Assembly: GCA_965214035.1 (NCBI GenBank)
Contig: OZ243932.1
Location: 1,857,260 to 1,921,259, forward strand
Direction: 5' to 3'
DNA: 64,000 nucleotides
DNA from: Gammaproteobacteria bacterium
GTDB taxonomy: Bacteria > Pseudomonadota > Gammaproteobacteria > JAJDYQ01
Each line of letters starts with the position of its first letter. The first letter of the stretch is position 1. Below the pieces are notes generated by a model, which was not told the DNA's origin, ran no database searches, and was given only the letters and a program-made list of their open reading frames with translations. Positions 49,393 through 61,340 of the stretch are shown here, piece by piece. The position numbers and the translations under genes are program-made.

Positions 49393-50693
49393 GTTCATAA
49401 TTTTGTGTCATTGACTTAAACTGATATGAACTGATTTGATTAAGGAGATGATAGATGAAAACCCACATTGGCTTTGATATGGAAGCGGCTATCAAGGATT
49501 TGCGCGAAGGCAAAGACCTCGGTGGCAAGGATGGCATTTTTACCCCGCTCATCAAGCAATTAACCGAGGCCGCCATGCAGGCCGAGCTGGAAGAACACCT
49601 GGCAGCCGAGGCGGCTCCGAACCGTAAAAACGGCAGCAGCACAAAAACCATGAAAACCCCGACCGGGGAGTTTGAGCTGAAAACCCCGCGTGACCGAGCC
49701 AGCACCTTTGAACCCCGGATGGTCAAAAAGCACCAAACCCACCTGACTGATGAACTCCAGCGCAAGGTGATGGGCCTGTTTGCACTGGGCAACAGCTATC
49801 AGGATATCCGCACTCACATTGCCGATATGTACGACATCTCGCTGTCCAACGGGACGATCAGCACGGTCACCGACAAGCTGTTACCCGAGTTACAGGCTTG
49901 GCGTGAGCGCGACCTCGAAGCCGTCTATCCGATTGTCTGGCTGGATGCTATCCATTACAAAATCAAGGAAAATGGCCGTTATCTGAACAAGGCAGTTTAC
50001 ACCATTTTGGGACTGAACATGGAGGGCAAGAAAGAACTCCTGGGTCTGTATCTGTCCGACTCCGAAGGTGCCCACCATTGGCTGAGCGTGCTGACCGACC
50101 TGCATAACCGAGGGGTCAAGGACATCCTGATCGTCTGTGTGGATGGACTCAAGGGCTTCCCTGAGGCCATTCACAGCATTTATCCTGACACCGAGATACA
50201 ACATTGCGTCATCCATCAAATCCGCCATTCCATGAAGTATGTGGCCTCGAAAAATCAATCCGCGTTTATGGCAGACCTCAAATGTGTTTACAAGGCCGCA
50301 ACCCTCAATGCCGCCGAGATCGCCCTGGATGAGTTGGAGGACAAATGGGGAGACAAGTATCCCCTGGTCATCCAGTCCTGGCACCGCAAGTGGCCCACGC
50401 TATCGGCCTACTTCAAGTACCCCGATTATGTGCGCACCGCGATTTACACCACCAATGCGGTAGAAGCCGTCCATCGACAGTTCCGCAAACTGACCAAAAC
50501 CAAAGGGGGCTTTGCCAATGAAAGCAGCTTGCTCAAGTTGCTCTATGCCGGCATACTCAAGGCCTCGGAGCGCTGGACACATCCGGTACAAAATTGGAAC
50601 TTGACGCTCTCGCAATTAACCCTTCACTTTGAGGGGCGACTCGACGATTACATTGCTTTGTAAATGTAAATGGCTGACACAGAATTTTGAACA
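49393..50693. mobile_element. IS256-family insertion sequence
   Basis: Terminal IRs GTTCATAATTTTGTGTCA (49393-49410) and rc-match TGACACAGAATTTTGAAC (50676-50693); 1.3 kb; single transposase. Confidence 0.8.
49455..50663 (+). CDS. IS256-family transposase
   Basis: 402 aa; MULE/IS256 DDE conservation (VWLDAIHYK, CVDGLKGF, IQHCVIHQIRHS). Confidence 0.9.
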   Translation: MKTHIGFDMEAAIKDLREGKDLGGKDGIFTPLIKQLTEAAMQAELEEHLAAEAAPNRKNGSSTKTMKTPTGEFELKTPRDRASTFEPRMVKKHQTHLTDELQRKVMGLFALGNSYQDIRTHIADMYDISLSNGTISTVTDKLLPELQAWRERDLEAVYPIVWLDAIHYKIKENGRYLNKAVYTILGLNMEGKKELLGLYLSDSEGAHHWLSVLTDLHNRGVKDILIVCVDGLKGFPEAIHSIYPDTEIQHCVIHQIRHSMKYVASKNQSAFMADLKCVYKAATLNAAEIALDELEDKWGDKYPLVIQSWHRKWPTLSAYFKYPDYVRTAIYTTNAVEAVHRQFRKLTKTKGGFANESSLLKLLYAGILKASERWTHPVQNWNLTLSQLTLHFEGRLDDYIAL

Positions 50694-51563
50694 CCCTCGG
50701 AATTTCATGTCGTGCGACATTCTGCGGCATTCCAATAAACTGTATATCAAACTTCAATGAAGGCTCAACCATTGACCGAGCACTGTGAAGCCGGAAAGAT
50801 AATTGCCAGCCACCCTCAAAAGTAACCAGTAGCGTGCTATTTGAGCTTGGCTTTCGCCGTATTTGTTCAATCCGGCTCGGCATCTTCCATCTCTTGCCCC
50901 ATTTCAGGGTTCCATTGATGTTCACGCTTGTAATGCTGGCACGGTCCGGAAAGCAGACAACCTTGTAATAGTCTTTTGTCCCAACCAAGTACTGGAAGAA
51001 TGGACTGATGAATTGCTTTGCGTAGTCCTCGCATAATCGCCGTAGCTCATCCTCAAAGGCGGCCAGTATGGGCAGGCAGCAGTACCTACCTTGTCTGGTA
51101 TATCGCGAAAATACTGCCCTTGCCTGCCCCTTAAATCCTCGAATACAGGCCTTACTTTCTGCCAGTAGACACTGCTGCATGGATGGTTTCCCCAGTCCTT
51201 GCCAAAGTCGATGCTATCCGATAGCTGTGAGTGCTTTACCCCTTGATGGTTGTGTTTGGCTGAAATGCCTATAGAACCATCTGGCTCCAGGTAAATAACA
51301 ATATCCCGAACATCTCCGGATTTCCCTTGAAAGTCATCCTGCAAGGCAATACGCGATATATGACTAAACTGATCATCGTGGCACAACAAAAAGATTGAGA
51401 CTTCATCTGCTGCCTTGTCAAAGCTTTTCCTTTCTGGCAAATCTTCGTAGTGAATCTTTGTTTGGAAATACGCTTTGTTTTGAACAATGTCGGCGTTCGT
51501 ATGCCTGCTTATCTCTCTGGCAAGCGCGTGCTCAAACGCCTTGCCGTTCCGAACCTGTTTCAA
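50694..51563 (-). pseudogene. putative restriction endonuclease (PD-(D/E)xK), frameshifted and 3'-truncated by IS256
   Basis: Two overlapping frames (51563..50922 and 51180..50557), second reads through into IS256 end; DVRDIVIYLEPDG...SAKHNH PD-ExK-like motif. Confidence 0.5.
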
Positions 51564-51949
51564 GACACCTTCACATAATCTTTTGACATAATCAGCACTT
51601 CCTTGCTGGACTTGTCGTTACTCATTCCGTAAGTCCATTCAGGCTCAATGATTTCATAGCCTTCATATAACTGCCTGACTCTCTGACAGTCATTATATGA
51701 CAACAACCAACCATCGCGCTCTTTAAGCAAGTCGGCAAGCCCTGTATGATTAAAGTCTGTATGTTGATCTCCACGGTTCCCGTATAATGAACCGCCGTTC
51801 ATGTACGGGGGGTCAAGATACATAAAATCGTCTCGATGCTTGCGTATAGAATCGTGGAAGCCTGCCATTTCTACCCGAAAGTTACCGACTTTGAATTTAC
51901 CTAGCTTCTCAATACAACTATCCGTAAATCGCGGATGACCAAGTGACAT
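51560..51949 (-). pseudogene. Dam-like N6-adenine DNA methyltransferase, C-terminal fragment only
   Basis: 129 aa; motif IV DPPY at residue 46; motif I region absent; in-frame stop 19 codons upstream. Confidence 0.65.
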
Positions 51950-52217
51950 TCCACCGGATAAAGAAACGGACCCGGCAGATAGTCTTTCACTTTTTGATAT
52001 ATGAATGACACCTTAAAAAAGCTGGCTTCACTTGTCATGGCAGAACATGAGATCAGTAACAAAGCAAAGCTATCTGAGTTAGTGCAGGAAAGATTTCAGC
52101 TTACAAAGGATTATTCAATTTATTAAAGCTAATAAAGCGAAAAAATTTCTGGAAAGAATCATCAATCTGTAGCAGGCCAGAATTGAAAATAGAAAATGGC
52201 AAAAAATATAAAACCAG

Positions 52218-53852
52218 CTATGGCCCCTTAAAGTATGTAATCGGGAAGCGCCAATCACGGCCAAAGGCCTTATCCGTGATTTTTATACCGGGCGGAGCCT
52301 GCCGCCGTTTATATTCATTGAGATCAACTCTTCGCACAATATCCCGAACCAGTGCAGGCGGATGGCCTGCATCAATAATTGAAGAGATGCTTTCATGCTC
52401 CTCGATATACCGCTTCAAAATATCATCGAGGATATCATACTCAGGCAGTGTATCCTGATCCGCCTGGCCTGGTGCCAATTCTGCTGAAGGCGCTCTATCA
52501 ATAACCCGGCCTAGTATAACATTTGATACTTTGTTACGATATTTCGCCAGACGATATACAGTCGTTTTATAAACATCTTTCAGAGGTGCATAGCCACCGG
52601 CCATATCTCCATAAAGTGTCGTATAACCTACAGCCATTTCACTTTTGTTGCCGGTAGTCAATAGCAGCCTTCCTTTTTTATTTGAAATCGCCATAAGTAT
52701 CGCCCCCCTGATTCTCGCCTGTATGTTTTCTTCGGTAGCATCTTTATCTTCATCCGCAAAAACCCCGCCCAATACCTGTTCAAACTCATTAAATATGCCA
52801 TCTATCGGCATTACATTATAATTCACTCCAAGGTTCGCGGCTTCCTCTTCAGCATCCTCCATACTCATATCCGATGTATATAGATATGGCATCATTACTG
52901 TACTGACCCTGTCCGCACCCAGGGCATCCACGGCGATGGCCAGCGTTAGAGCAGAGTCTATGCCCCCTGACAGGCCAAGCACCACCCCTGAAAATCCATT
53001 TTTTCTGACATACTCCGATACACCATAAACCAGAGCATCGTAAATCAACCGGTCATTCTCTGGCATGTATTCAATGCACCCGTTCAGTACAAGACCGGTA
53101 TCAGTCTGCCTGAGCGATACAAGCTGTCTGCTCTCGCTGAATACTTTAGAGCAGGCACACACATGACCACTGCCATCTACTGCTATTGAGCCGCCATCAA
53201 AAACCAGCTCATCCTGCCCACCAACCTGATTAACATATATCAATGGTATTTGACATTCACTGACTCTGGCATTGAGTACGCCGAGACGTTGAGCATGTTT
53301 CTCTGCATGAAATGGTGAGGCGTTTATATTAATGATAATATCAGCCTGCTTGGCTGCTGCCTTTGCAACCGGCTGAGGAGACCAAATATCTTCACAGACA
53401 GTAATCCCGCCCTTGATACCGGGGAACAGTTCCACAACCAGAGTATCGTCTCCCGCAGAGAAATAGCGATTCTCATCAAAAACCCCATAGTTGGGCAAAC
53501 ACTGCTTATACGCGACTCCGATCTTCCGGGTATCACGAATAACTATCGCCGCATTATAGATTAAGCCACTGATACACACCGGTGAACCGATAATGGCTGT
53601 TATATCGCGACAGCATAATGCAATTTCCTGAACCGCTCGTTCACAACGAGGAACAAAATCTGACCTGTAAAGCAGATCTTCAGGGGGATAGCCGCTTATA
53701 ATCAGCTCGCTGAATACAATAATATCGGCATGACGGTCTGTGCGAGCATGCTCGATAGCCTTGGACACCAGATTTTTATTTCCATTGATATCACCAACCA
53801 ATGGATTTAACTGGGCCATCATCAGGAGACAGTCCTGCTTCTGTACGGCCAT
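52218..53852 (-). CDS. nadE: glutamine-dependent NAD+ synthetase
   Basis: 544 aa; CN-hydrolase domain plus NAD synthetase PP-loop SGGIDS. Confidence 0.9.
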   Translation of the reverse strand: MAVQKQDCLLMMAQLNPLVGDINGNKNLVSKAIEHARTDRHADIIVFSELIISGYPPEDLLYRSDFVPRCERAVQEIALCCRDITAIIGSPVCISGLIYNAAIVIRDTRKIGVAYKQCLPNYGVFDENRYFSAGDDTLVVELFPGIKGGITVCEDIWSPQPVAKAAAKQADIIININASPFHAEKHAQRLGVLNARVSECQIPLIYVNQVGGQDELVFDGGSIAVDGSGHVCACSKVFSESRQLVSLRQTDTGLVLNGCIEYMPENDRLIYDALVYGVSEYVRKNGFSGVVLGLSGGIDSALTLAIAVDALGADRVSTVMMPYLYTSDMSMEDAEEEAANLGVNYNVMPIDGIFNEFEQVLGGVFADEDKDATEENIQARIRGAILMAISNKKGRLLLTTGNKSEMAVGYTTLYGDMAGGYAPLKDVYKTTVYRLAKYRNKVSNVILGRVIDRAPSAELAPGQADQDTLPEYDILDDILKRYIEEHESISSIIDAGHPPALVRDIVRRVDLNEYKRRQAPPGIKITDKAFGRDWRFPITYFKGP

Positions 53853-53876
53853 TAGAAAATCAAGCCTGAACGGCCA

Positions 53877-54746
53877 TCATGCCATCAGATTTTGCAGGGC
53901 ATTTCCAATTTCCGCAGGAGAGCGAGTTGTTGCTACTCCCGCTCTCTCCAATGCTGCGAACTTATCATCGGCAGTCCCCTTTCCACCCGAGATAATCGCC
54001 CCTGCATGTCCCATACGCTTACCGGGAGGGGCCGTGACTCCTGCAATATAGGCAACGACAGGTTTACTGACCTCAGATTGAATATATTCGGCTGCCTCTT
54101 CTTCAGCCGTTCCGCCGATCTCTCCAACCATGACAATGCCCTCAGTCTGTTTATCCTCATTAAACAGCCTGAGACAATCAATAAAGTTCATACCCTGAAT
54201 CGGGTCTCCACCAATACCGATACAGGTAGATTGCCCCTGACCAGTCAGGGTCGTTTGATACACGGCTTCATAGGTCAGGGTGCCGGAGCGCGAAACGATC
54301 CCGATCTTTCCCTTGCGGTGAATGGCTCCCGGCATAATACCGATCTTGCATTCGCCCGGAGTAATAATGCCCGGACAGTTTGGGCCGATCAGTGAAGCTC
54401 CGCTGCCGCCCAGCACGCTTTTTACTTTCAGCATATCGAGCACCGGTATCCCTTCGGTAATGCAGACAATGATTTTTATGCCGGCATCGGCAGCCTCCAG
54501 GATCGCATCGGCAGCAAAGCCGGCAGGCACGTAGATGACACTGGCATCGGCACCGGTCTCACGCACGCCTTCCAGCACGGTGTCAAAGATCGGCAGCCCC
54601 AAATGAATCTGACCAGCCTTGCCAGGCGTAATACCACCGACCATCCGGGTACCATAGGCAATCGCATGTTCGGAGTGAAATGTTCCCTGCCTACCGGTAA
54701 AGCCCTGACAGAGCACTTTGGTATCGCTGTTTACCAGCACACTCAT
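53877..54746 (-). CDS. sucD: succinyl-CoA synthetase alpha subunit
   Basis: 289 aa; CoA-binding and active-site His loop (GHAGAII). Confidence 0.95.
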   Translation of the reverse strand: MSVLVNSDTKVLCQGFTGRQGTFHSEHAIAYGTRMVGGITPGKAGQIHLGLPIFDTVLEGVRETGADASVIYVPAGFAADAILEAADAGIKIIVCITEGIPVLDMLKVKSVLGGSGASLIGPNCPGIITPGECKIGIMPGAIHRKGKIGIVSRSGTLTYEAVYQTTLTGQGQSTCIGIGGDPIQGMNFIDCLRLFNEDKQTEGIVMVGEIGGTAEEEAAEYIQSEVSKPVVAYIAGVTAPPGKRMGHAGAIISGGKGTADDKFAALERAGVATTRSPAEIGNALQNLMA

Positions 54747-55915
54747 GGCTTGCCTCCCGCCCGGGCAACCACTTTCCGGGCAGCATCTGTAAGCCCGTCG
54801 GCAGCGATAATATCGAAATCACATTCTTCCAGCATTTTACGCCCCTGTTCAACATTCGTGCCTTCCAGCCGCACAACAATCGGTACCGCCACCTGGACCT
54901 GATCCATCGCCTCGATAATTCCCTCGGCGATCAAATCACAGCGGACGATACCGCCAAAAATATTCACCAATATGGCCTCGACATTGGGATTGGACAGGAT
55001 CAGCCTGAAGGCTTCGCTGACTTTCTCTGCCGTAGTACCACCACCGACATCAAGAAAATTGGCCGGCTCTCCACCATGCAGCTTGATCAAGTCCATGGTG
55101 GCCATGGCCAATCCAGCACCGTTCACCATACAGGCAATATTTCCATCCAGCGAAATATAATTCAGCTCATGTCGGCGAGCGATGCGCTCGCGCTCATCCT
55201 CCTGACTCTCGTCCCGAAGCGCTACCAGAGCGGGGTGACGATACAGTGCATTACCATCAAGGTTAATTTTGGCATCCAGCGCGACCAGATCACCACCGGC
55301 AGTCACCACCAAAGGATTTATTTCAACCAGCGAGGCATCATTATCGATAAAGAGCTGATACAGTGCGCTCACTATCTGTACAAATTGTCCGACCTGAGCG
55401 CCGCTCAATCCCAGCGAGAAAGCCAGAGTACGGCCCTGATATGGCATTAATCCCGACTGGGGTTCGATATGCGCAGTATGAATTTTCTCCGGCGTAGCCA
55501 CAGCGACTTCCTCGATATTCATACCTCCCGCTGCTGAGCACATAACAACAACCCTGCGCTGTGCGCGATCAACCAGAAGTCCCAGATAAAGCTCCCGAAC
55601 AATATCCAGTGTCTGCTCTATAAGTACCCGATTAACAGGCAAGCCATTTGTATCGGTCTGCGGAGTCACCAGCCGGGAACCGATTAGATTGCCCACATAT
55701 TGACGCAGCTCACCAGGGTCATGCAGAACCTTTACTCCACCACCCTTGCCTCTTCCCCCGGCATGTATCTGGGCTTTGACCACACAGGCACCGGATGATG
55801 CCACGGATACAACCGCCTCATCCAAATCAGCGACATCTTCGATCATCCGGCCTTCCGGCACAGGAATTTCATATTTCCGGAATAATGCCTTGGACTGATA
55901 TTCATGCAGATTCAT
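54743..55915 (-). CDS. sucC: succinyl-CoA synthetase beta subunit
   Basis: 390 aa; [10 protein letters not shown]-terminus, ATP-grasp. Confidence 0.95.
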   Translation of the reverse strand: MNLHEYQSKALFRKYEIPVPEGRMIEDVADLDEAVVSVASSGACVVKAQIHAGGRGKGGGVKVLHDPGELRQYVGNLIGSRLVTPQTDTNGLPVNRVLIEQTLDIVRELYLGLLVDRAQRRVVVMCSAAGGMNIEEVAVATPEKIHTAHIEPQSGLMPYQGRTLAFSLGLSGAQVGQFVQIVSALYQLFIDNDASLVEINPLVVTAGGDLVALDAKINLDGNALYRHPALVALRDESQEDERERIARRHELNYISLDGNIACMVNGAGLAMATMDLIKLHGGEPANFLDVGGGTTAEKVSEAFRLILSNPNVEAILVNIFGGIVRCDLIAEGIIEAMDQVQVAVPIVVRLEGTNVEQGRKMLEECDFDIIAADGLTDAARKVVARAGGKP

Positions 55916-56310
55916 GGTTCCATCCTATTCTGGTATGCGTACTTAAAATACTCGCTCATTGCAGGCGACATGTCCAGCCGTAAAAGCCGCCGATGTGCGC
56001 AGATTATTTACAGACGGCACCAAAATCACAGCAACCGGAGTTTCCACACAGCCCGATAGCCGATAATATTGGTACCATACTTGCTTTTTATTTCGATACC
56101 ACAGAGTTAAATTATGGAAACAGTATATATGAATAACGGCAGCATACTCAGCCGCCCACTGATCATGTCTGCTGAACATGATCAGACAGAAAACGATGTT
56201 TGTTGTGGCGATGCCCTCTGTATTGCCTTATGGTCATGTCAGCACAATGCTCAACAGGATCCGGGGGGCTCTCAACGCTTCAATATGCAAACAGAACCCC
56301 TTCTTCGGTA

Positions 56311-57930
56311 ATGGGCACTTTAGCTGCCATATCTACCCCTGACAGCCCTGATAAGCCGTGGCGGGCGCTACATCTGTTCAACCTCTATCGGCTGATCATC
56401 GCCGGCGTTATTGCCATTATTTTTCATGCGAGTGAGGGCAATACCATTTTTGGCCAGCAGCTGCCCCGCCTGTTTGGCCATGCCATTATCATATGGCTGG
56501 CCATCATACTGCTGAGCGGATTCTCCAGCCGGCTCAGAGCACCACATTTTCATCTACAGGCATACGGCCTCATCATTACCGATATCGCCTTTATCAGCAT
56601 GTTGATGTATGCCAGCGGAGGAATTGCCAGCGGCTTTGGTGTCCTGCTGCTGGTCACTATCGCAGCCAGCGGCATTCTGTCAAGCCGCCATATTCCCTTT
56701 GCCTTTGCTGCCGCGGCCACGCTGGCAATATTTGCCGTGCAGTTCATAAAAGGTTTCCGGATGTTTGTCAGCGGGGAACCGCCGGAACTTGAATATGCAC
56801 AAAACGGCCTGCTCGGTGCAGCCTTGTTCGCTGTTGCATTACTCTCTCATCTGCTTGCGCAGAGAGTAAGGGTCTCGGAGATTCTTGCGGAGCAAAGGCG
56901 GGAGGAATTAACGGATCTGGCCACAATTAACGAACTGACCATCCAGCAAATGGAAACCGGCGTCGTTGTTGTCGATCCCCATAATATTATCCGGCTGTGC
57001 AACTCGGCAGCGCAGGATATGCTCGGGCGCGGTAGTGATGTTGTTTCTCACCCGCTTAACTTTATTGCGCCAAAGCTGTATGAGCAGCTGATGCGATGGC
57101 GACAGGGCACACAGGATATGCCCAAGCCATTCAGAAATACGCCAGAAGGCAAAGAGTTGCTGCCTCATTTTCGAAGTCTGGAAGCAAGGTCAAATCTCTC
57201 AATACTTATATTCCTTGATGATACATCGATGCTGTCGTATCAAGCCCAGCAATCCCGATTGGCCTCATTGGGCCAGCTGACCGCCAGTATCGCCCATGAA
57301 ATCAGAAATCCTCTCAGTGCAATCAGCCATGCCGGCCAGCTCCTGGGCGAAGTCAATACACTGGATGCGGCAGACCGTCGCCTGATTGAGATCATTCAAA
57401 ATCAGTCGGAACGGCTGGACACGATTATCAAGAGCATTCTGTCTCTTTCCCGAAAAAAAGAGTTCAGCCCCGAAAAACTGGAACTTACCGACTGGATACA
57501 TCAGTTTATCACCAGTGCCATTAACGAAAGAGGCATCGCCACCGAATCAATTCAACTCGAATGCCCGAAAACACCCCTCTATATTCATGCTGACCCGCTC
57601 CATCTGAATCAGATAATGTATAATGTGACCGAGAACGGAATACGGCATTCACAAATGCAAAATTCTGATACACTATTGAAAATCGTGTGCGGCCCCGGCG
57701 GTAATGACAAAACCGTGGAAATCAACATTATTGATTATGGTAGCGGCATCCTGGAAAAATACCGGGAAAAATTATTTGAACCCTTTTTTACCACACTTCC
57801 ACGGGGCACCGGCCTGGGGCTTTATATCGCCCGTGAGCTCAGCCAGATCAACCATGCGCATCTGCAATACATCGCTGACTCAAATTACGGTGCACACTTC
57901 AAAATCAGCTTCAGCCGAGTGCAGGAATAA
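56311..57930 (+). CDS. pilS: sensor histidine kinase PilS-like
   Basis: N-terminal 6-TM domain starting LFNLYRLII, HisKA H-box SIAHEIRNPL, HATPase G-boxes; start uncertain (track ORF begins 56200). Confidence 0.8.
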   Translation: MGTLAAISTPDSPDKPWRALHLFNLYRLIIAGVIAIIFHASEGNTIFGQQLPRLFGHAIIIWLAIILLSGFSSRLRAPHFHLQAYGLIITDIAFISMLMYASGGIASGFGVLLLVTIAASGILSSRHIPFAFAAAATLAIFAVQFIKGFRMFVSGEPPELEYAQNGLLGAALFAVALLSHLLAQRVRVSEILAEQRREELTDLATINELTIQQMETGVVVVDPHNIIRLCNSAAQDMLGRGSDVVSHPLNFIAPKLYEQLMRWRQGTQDMPKPFRNTPEGKELLPHFRSLEARSNLSILIFLDDTSMLSYQAQQSRLASLGQLTASIAHEIRNPLSAISHAGQLLGEVNTLDAADRRLIEIIQNQSERLDTIIKSILSLSRKKEFSPEKLELTDWIHQFITSAINERGIATESIQLECPKTPLYIHADPLHLNQIMYNVTENGIRHSQMQNSDTLLKIVCGPGGNDKTVEINIIDYGSGILEKYREKLFEPFFTTLPRGTGLGLYIARELSQINHAHLQYIADSNYGAHFKISFSRVQE

Positions 57931-59306
57931 TGCCACACCGCGCTCTGATTCTTGACGATGAGGCCGATATACTCGAACTCATTGACCTTACATTCTCGCG
58001 CATGGATATCCAGTGCACACTGGCTGAGACCCTGGCTGAGGCCTATAACTTTCTGGACAAGAATGAATATGATCTGTGTATCACGGACATGAGGCTACCG
58101 GACGGAAGCGGCATGGAACTACTGCACAGACTCCAGAAAAGCTATCCGGAATTACCGGTTGCTGTTATTACCGCATTTGGCAGTGCTGATCTTGCAGTGG
58201 AAAGCCTGAAAGCAGGCGCATTTGATTTTATTTCCAAACCTCTGGATCTGGTGAGACTGCGCAAACTCGCCACCAATACGCTTAAGCTGAAAAACGAGCG
58301 TCTGGAAACTACCTCAACCGACAGGCTTCTTCTGGGCGAATCACAGGCCATCAAGCATGTCAAGAAAATGATTCGCAAACTCTCCAGAAGCGAAGCGCCT
58401 GTTCACATCAGTGGCGAATCGGGTACTGGCAAAGAACTGGTAGCTCGGTCCATTCATCAACTCGGCCCAAGAGCGGAAGGCCCCTTTATCCCCGTTAACT
58501 GCGGTGCCATACCTGGAGAACTGATGGAAAGCGAATTTTTCGGCCATAAAAAGGGTAGCTTTACCGGTGCAACCCAGAATAAACAGGGTCTTTTTCATGC
58601 CGCCCAGGGAGGGACGCTGTTTCTGGATGAGGTTGCCGAGCTTCCTCCTCCAATGCAGGTCAAACTGCTGCGTGCCATACAGGAAAGGGCGATACGACGA
58701 GTGGGAGAGCATGACGAGCAACCGATGGATGTCAGGATACTCAGTGCCACTAATAAAGACCTTGCCGCCCTGGTGAAAAAGCAGGAATTCAGAGACGACC
58801 TGTACTACAGGCTGAATGTGATCAACCTGCCCATACCGCCTCTTCGAGAGCGGCATGGTGACATTCCATTATTAACCCGCCATTTCATAGGTCGCCTGAA
58901 AAACAGTCATGGAACGGATATCGAGATCACTGAACCGGCAACCCAAAAGCTGGAGGAATATCATTACCCTGGCAACATCAGGGAGCTGGAAAATATACTG
59001 GAGGGTGCCACCGCCATCTGCGAGGATTATACGATTCAGGCCCATGACCTCAACTTAACTTCCCCCCCACCCCAGACCCAGACTACCGACATGCCGGCAA
59101 AAGCCGATGACAGGCCGGAACGCCCAGTGCAGATAACAGCACGCGGCGAACAGGCACTGTCCGATTATCTGGAACAAATTGAACGATCCGAAATCACTTC
59201 AGTGCTGGAGCAAACACAATGGAATCGAGGCAGAGCAGCCCGAATATTAAAAATAACACAGCGCCAACTGAGGTATCGCATGACCAAACTGGGCATTCAA
59301 GGCTGA
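57930..59306 (+). CDS. pilR: sigma54-dependent response regulator PilR-like (NtrC family)
   Basis: 458 aa; receiver (DMRLPDG), AAA+ sigma54 domain ([14 protein letters not shown]-like [15 protein letters not shown]), C-terminal Fis HTH. Confidence 0.9.
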   Translation: MPHRALILDDEADILELIDLTFSRMDIQCTLAETLAEAYNFLDKNEYDLCITDMRLPDGSGMELLHRLQKSYPELPVAVITAFGSADLAVESLKAGAFDFISKPLDLVRLRKLATNTLKLKNERLETTSTDRLLLGESQAIKHVKKMIRKLSRSEAPVHISGESGTGKELVARSIHQLGPRAEGPFIPVNCGAIPGELMESEFFGHKKGSFTGATQNKQGLFHAAQGGTLFLDEVAELPPPMQVKLLRAIQERAIRRVGEHDEQPMDVRILSATNKDLAALVKKQEFRDDLYYRLNVINLPIPPLRERHGDIPLLTRHFIGRLKNSHGTDIEITEPATQKLEEYHYPGNIRELENILEGATAICEDYTIQAHDLNLTSPPPQTQTTDMPAKADDRPERPVQITARGEQALSDYLEQIERSEITSVLEQTQWNRGRAARILKITQRQLRYRMTKLGIQG

Positions 59307-59337
59307 CAAAATCTGTCGCATCAGGACAGATTCTGTC
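59305..59337. promoter_or_regulatory. inverted repeat GACAAAATCTGTC-N7-GACAGATTCTGTC, candidate PilR enhancer
   Basis: Near-perfect palindrome directly after pilR stop, about 170 bp upstream of sigma54 promoter. Confidence 0.5.
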
Positions 59338-59476
59338 AATTCAATAAATAATATATACCCGCCAATTAACTCCTGGTTATCCATGAGGGGAAACGGCGTG
59401 GCCATCTGTTTCCAGACTACCATAGTGCAGAACGCCTTGGTACTGATACAGGATTCAGATGGATCGGTATAGAAAA

Positions 59477-59492
59477 TGGCACGCCACTTGCT
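59477..59492 (+). promoter_or_regulatory. sigma54 promoter TGGCAC-N5-TTGC
   Basis: TGGCACGCCACTTGC with 12-nt GG-to-GC spacing, about 65 bp upstream of pilin ATG. Confidence 0.7.
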
Positions 59493-59557
59493 TGCGATTA
59501 AGATAGCATACTGCTACTTGTTTACAACCTTTTATTATTGACTTTAGGGAGTCTGAA

Positions 59558-59980
59558 ATGAAAAAGATACAATCCGGTTTTACACTGATCGAAGTCATGA
59601 TCGTAGTAACGATCATTGCTATTCTCGCCGCTGTTGCGCTGCCTGCTTACCAGAACTACACCAAACGGTCCCATGTGTCCGAAGGGCTTTCTCTGGCCAG
59701 TGGCGTAAAGGCCTCAGTTGCTGAACACTATGCTGCCAGAGGCAGCTGGCCTGCAGATAGCACAGCCGCCAATATTCCGGGAAATATTGACGGTGAAGCA
59801 GTAACTCAGGTCTATGTATCCAATGGCATAGTCGTGGTCGAGTTCAACCAGAGCGTAGAGGCTGGTAAAAACATTGAATTATCACCTTATGCCGACACCG
59901 GTTCCATTAAGTGGGCATGCAGATCTGCCAATACTGATGGTGTCAGCACATTATACCTTCCCGAGCGCTGCCGTACCTGA
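59558..59980 (+). CDS. pilE: type IVa major pilin (copy 1)
   Basis: [16 protein letters not shown] prepilin leader; C-terminal Cys pair; GGAG RBS. Confidence 0.9.
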   Translation: MKKIQSGFTLIEVMIVVTIIAILAAVALPAYQNYTKRSHVSEGLSLASGVKASVAEHYAARGSWPADSTAANIPGNIDGEAVTQVYVSNGIVVVEFNQSVEAGKNIELSPYADTGSIKWACRSANTDGVSTLYLPERCRT

Positions 59981-60002
59981 GTCTCATCCAGCCAAAAATA
60001 TG

Positions 60003-60031
60003 AAGGGGCTTCTTTAACGGAGCCCCTTTTC
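60003..60031 (+). terminator. intrinsic terminator after pilin 1
   Basis: GGGGCT-loop-AGCCCC followed by TTTT. Confidence 0.5.
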
Positions 60032-60367
60032 AGGGTGTGCAACAAAACTCTGCCACAGCATTCTGCAGCTGTAATATCTGCTGCACCTATTGGTCCTTTC
60101 ATACACAATAACCTATCAGGTTACTCCAGAAAGATTGCTCCTGCTTGATGATTTTTCAAAGTCAGGGACACTCGAAAAATACGATAACATCATAAAGCTG
60201 TGAGCTGTTTGCTTCTGATAGTGTCCCGGCAACCTGCCGAATAGCATGTCATCTTGAGATACTCCACGACCCAATCAGATACCAGGATAGACAAAATCTG
60301 TCACATAGCCCGCCAAACGACCTGCTGCCATAAAATATGGCATGACAAATCCAGACTATTCAGAATC

Positions 60368-60400
60368 GACAAAATCTGTCGCATTGGAACAGATTTTGTC
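60368..60400. promoter_or_regulatory. inverted repeat GACAAAATCTGTC-N6-GAACAGATTTTGTC, candidate PilR enhancer (half-site also at 60290-60302)
   Basis: Palindrome about 150 bp upstream of sigma54 promoter of pilin 2. Confidence 0.5.
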
Positions 60401-60542
60401 GGTTCAAACAAAAAAAGAGATTTCCCCCACCAAACATAGCCAGACTATTAATGATAGCATCACACAGTCATATATTCGCCGGCCGGCTATGACACCGAAT
60501 TATCGCCCATGATATGAAACCCAGAGCAGTTCGCATAAAAAG

Positions 60543-60558
60543 TGGCGCACTAATTGCT
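60543..60558 (+). promoter_or_regulatory. sigma54 promoter TGGCGC-N5-TTGC
   Basis: TGGCGCACTAATTGC, correct spacing, about 65 bp upstream of ATG. Confidence 0.7.
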
Positions 60559-60621
60559 TCGCTTCATATGACTTATTACTACTTACCATTTTTTATTAAC
60601 CTAGATTTGAAGGAGCCTGCA

Positions 60622-61053
60622 ATGAAAAAAGTACAATCCGGTTTTACACTGATCGAAGTCATGATCGTGGTAACGATCATTGCCATTCTTGCCGCTGTTG
60701 CGCTGCCCGCTTACCAGAACTACACCAAGCGATCTCATGTGTCTGAAGGACTTTCTCTGGCCAGCGGTTTGAAAGCCTCAATGTCTGAATACTACTCTGC
60801 CAAGGGTACCTGGCCGGCAAATAACCCTCAAGCAGGTGCTGCAATCAGTACTGATGTTGACGGTAGTGCAGTAAGAGAAGTTTATACGTATAATGGCGTT
60901 ATAACCATCGTTTTCAATGAAAAAGTGGACAACGGCAAGATCATTGAGCTATCAGCCGTTGCCGATGACGGTTCCATTGAGTGGGTGTGCAGGTCTGGCA
61001 CTGGCAGCAACCCGATCAACGAAGCATATCTTCCAGCGCGCTGCCGCACCTGA
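60622..61053 (+). CDS. type IVa major pilin (copy 2)
   Basis: [16 protein letters not shown] leader; variable central region; C-terminal Cys pair. Confidence 0.9.
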   Translation: MKKVQSGFTLIEVMIVVTIIAILAAVALPAYQNYTKRSHVSEGLSLASGLKASMSEYYSAKGTWPANNPQAGAAISTDVDGSAVREVYTYNGVITIVFNEKVDNGKIIELSAVADDGSIEWVCRSGTGSNPINEAYLPARCRT

Positions 61054-61075
61054 ATCTCACCTTTTTGCAAATATA

Positions 61076-61107
61076 AAAAGGGCTTCTTTCACAGAAGCCC
61101 TTTTTTT
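61076..61107 (+). terminator. intrinsic terminator after pilin 2
   Basis: AAGGGCTTCT-loop-AGAAGCCCTT then T7. Confidence 0.55.
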
Positions 61108-61268
61108 GATTATGCGTGATAACTTCAGGTCACAATGTGCTTGTCAGGCATAATATTTACCGTGCTTATCTTGTTATGCACAATAATCCACCATGTCACT
61201 TTAAGCAGACCGATTCTTAATGAAGAATTATCACTCCCGGATCTGACATGCAGAACACCTGAAAAAAA

Positions 61269-61284
61269 TGGCGCATTAATTGCT
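61269..61284 (+). promoter_or_regulatory. sigma54 promoter TGGCGC-N5-TTGC
   Basis: TGGCGCATTAATTGC. Confidence 0.7.
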
Positions 61285-61340
61285 TTACACTCCACAGGTT
61301 GTCAATACCTTGCTTTAATTTACTTCAGAGGGTGTCTGAA

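Noticed and set aside
49355-50384. Minus-strand ORFs 49355..49792 and 49890..50384
   Set aside because: Antisense within the IS256 transposase gene.
50557-51180. 207-aa minus-strand ORF as an independent gene
   Set aside because: It is the second reading frame of the frameshifted REase and continues into the IS256 right inverted repeat, so it was annotated as part of one pseudogene.
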